Virus record (IMG/VR): IMGVR_UViG_3300028886_001681 | Span: 64,001-128,000 of that record | Strand: one strand, 5' to 3' | Length of the DNA: 64,000 bases | Source of the DNA: a virus | Taxonomy: Duplodnaviria; Caudoviricetes | Part shown: one piece after another, positions 63,028 through 64,000 of the stretch | Layout of the letters: every line of letters begins with the position of its first letter | Position numbering within the stretch: the first letter of the stretch is position 1 | The notes under the pieces: generated by a model | The model's input: only the letters and a program-made list of their open reading frames with translations | Databases searched by the model: none | What the model was told of the DNA's origin: nothing | Program-made: the position numbers and the translations under genes

Positions 63028-63615
63028 CCCTTTAAATAAAAAAAGAGGAGCAAGTGTGGACTTCCATTATTTTAAAAGTTTGTATCTCTGTACAACTTGG
63101 CCACTCTCCGATGATGTAATAACGACATTGTAAATAGTTAAATCATTCGTTTAATATTTTAAAACAAATGTCGTAATTTGTCAATCATTTTTCGAGAAAA
63201 AATTAACCATTTTATAAAATTAATGGAAGGATAATATGTTTTATAAAATAATTAATTGTCAACCGTTCTTTAACTCACACCTCTCTATTAATTTTCAACT
63301 GTGAACGAAACCTCAAACTTGGACAAATCGTAGCCGAAAGCGTAGTCGGAGTAATTCAACCAAACATAGTCGTCGCCGACCGTGACCTTGGGAGTTTCCT
63401 CCGTCCATTCTGAAACGATGTCCAACAGTTCCCAAAGAGAGTCGCAAGAAAGCAACTCGTCCTTTATCTCCAAGCCGACCTCGCTCCAATCCTCGACCTC
63501 ATGCAAGCGAGCGTCCAAGATTTCGCGGATTTTAATGTGACCGAATATCTCGGTTTTGTTCAAGTTGAATTTCATGTTTCACCTCAATGACAATCGATAT
63601 ATAATAGTTAAAAAT

Positions 63616-64000
63616 TTATTGGTATTTCTCCACCCATTTTCTCAATATTTCGGTCTTGGACAAACTTCTCGCTCCCACAACATTGTCGAAATCAAATTTC
63701 AAAGCCAAATATTTTTCTTTCGCATAATCGTCGTTCCATTTTACAAAATAATGCGAGGATTCGGAAACATTCAAGCCTTCAATTCGTCCGCTATAAAAGC
63801 CGACTCGCCTTATCGAACAGTCCGCAGCTTCCCTTTTCACGAACGAAAAATCATCGACTTTGGGAATCGGAATTTTCTTTCTAAGTTCGTTTTTCATTTC
63901 AAAGACAAAAAATGAGCAAGGAATTTCCGTTTTCATTCCGCATTCGATGAATTCACAAGACGGCAGTTCATAGACTTCATTTATCCAAAGAAATGGATTC
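63616..64000 (-). CDS. C-terminal part of a possible DNA methyltransferase (frame open to the window end)
   Basis: ELP..F......PC.F..E, IRRVG, SHYF.K and VG.RSLSK resemble the C-termini of small phage adenine MTases; no catalytic motifs in the window. Confidence 0.4.
   Translation of the reverse strand, partial: NPFLWINEVYELPSCEFIECGMKTEIPCSFFVFEMKNELRKKIPIPKVDDFSFVKREAADCSIRRVGFYSGRIEGLNVSESSHYFVKWNDDYAKEKYLALKFDFDNVVGARSLSKTEILRKWVEKYQ

Noticed and set aside
1-64000. Stop-codon reassignment (TAG or TGA read-through) as the cause of the gene breaks
   Set aside because: Long conserved genes are intact in code 11, and the breaks involve frame changes and inserted genes rather than single stops
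1-64000. CRISPR or other regularly spaced repeat arrays, tRNA genes, rRNA
   Set aside because: None recognised by eye; a tRNAscan or repeat scan would be needed to exclude them fully

Overview
A 64-kb, AT-rich segment of a large T4-like myophage. It carries a gp23-like major capsid, a gp18-like sheath, Mre11/Rad50-like genes, a class III RNR (implying an anaerobic host), dUTPase, RtcB, a Pif1-like helicase, three clear and one possible DNA methyltransferase, tail-fibre-like genes and many small hypothetical ORFs. The main unusual features are these. (1) A long, eukaryote-type topoisomerase IB is broken into two separately translated genes by a free-standing GIY-YIG endonuclease, with no visible intron or intein. 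(2) nrdD is likewise split into two polypeptides by a free-standing endonuclease, and its second half also carries an ORF-less group I intron and an Ala1 mini-intein. (3) A recurring TAACTAT(T/A) motif (about 24 copies) behaves like a phage late promoter and also points into several ORF-less structured regions, including a ~290-nt candidate ncRNA. (4) A solo TnpB sits behind that motif. (5) A Dam-like gene is out of frame at a G10 tract. All product calls come from motif recognition by eye; no database searches were run.
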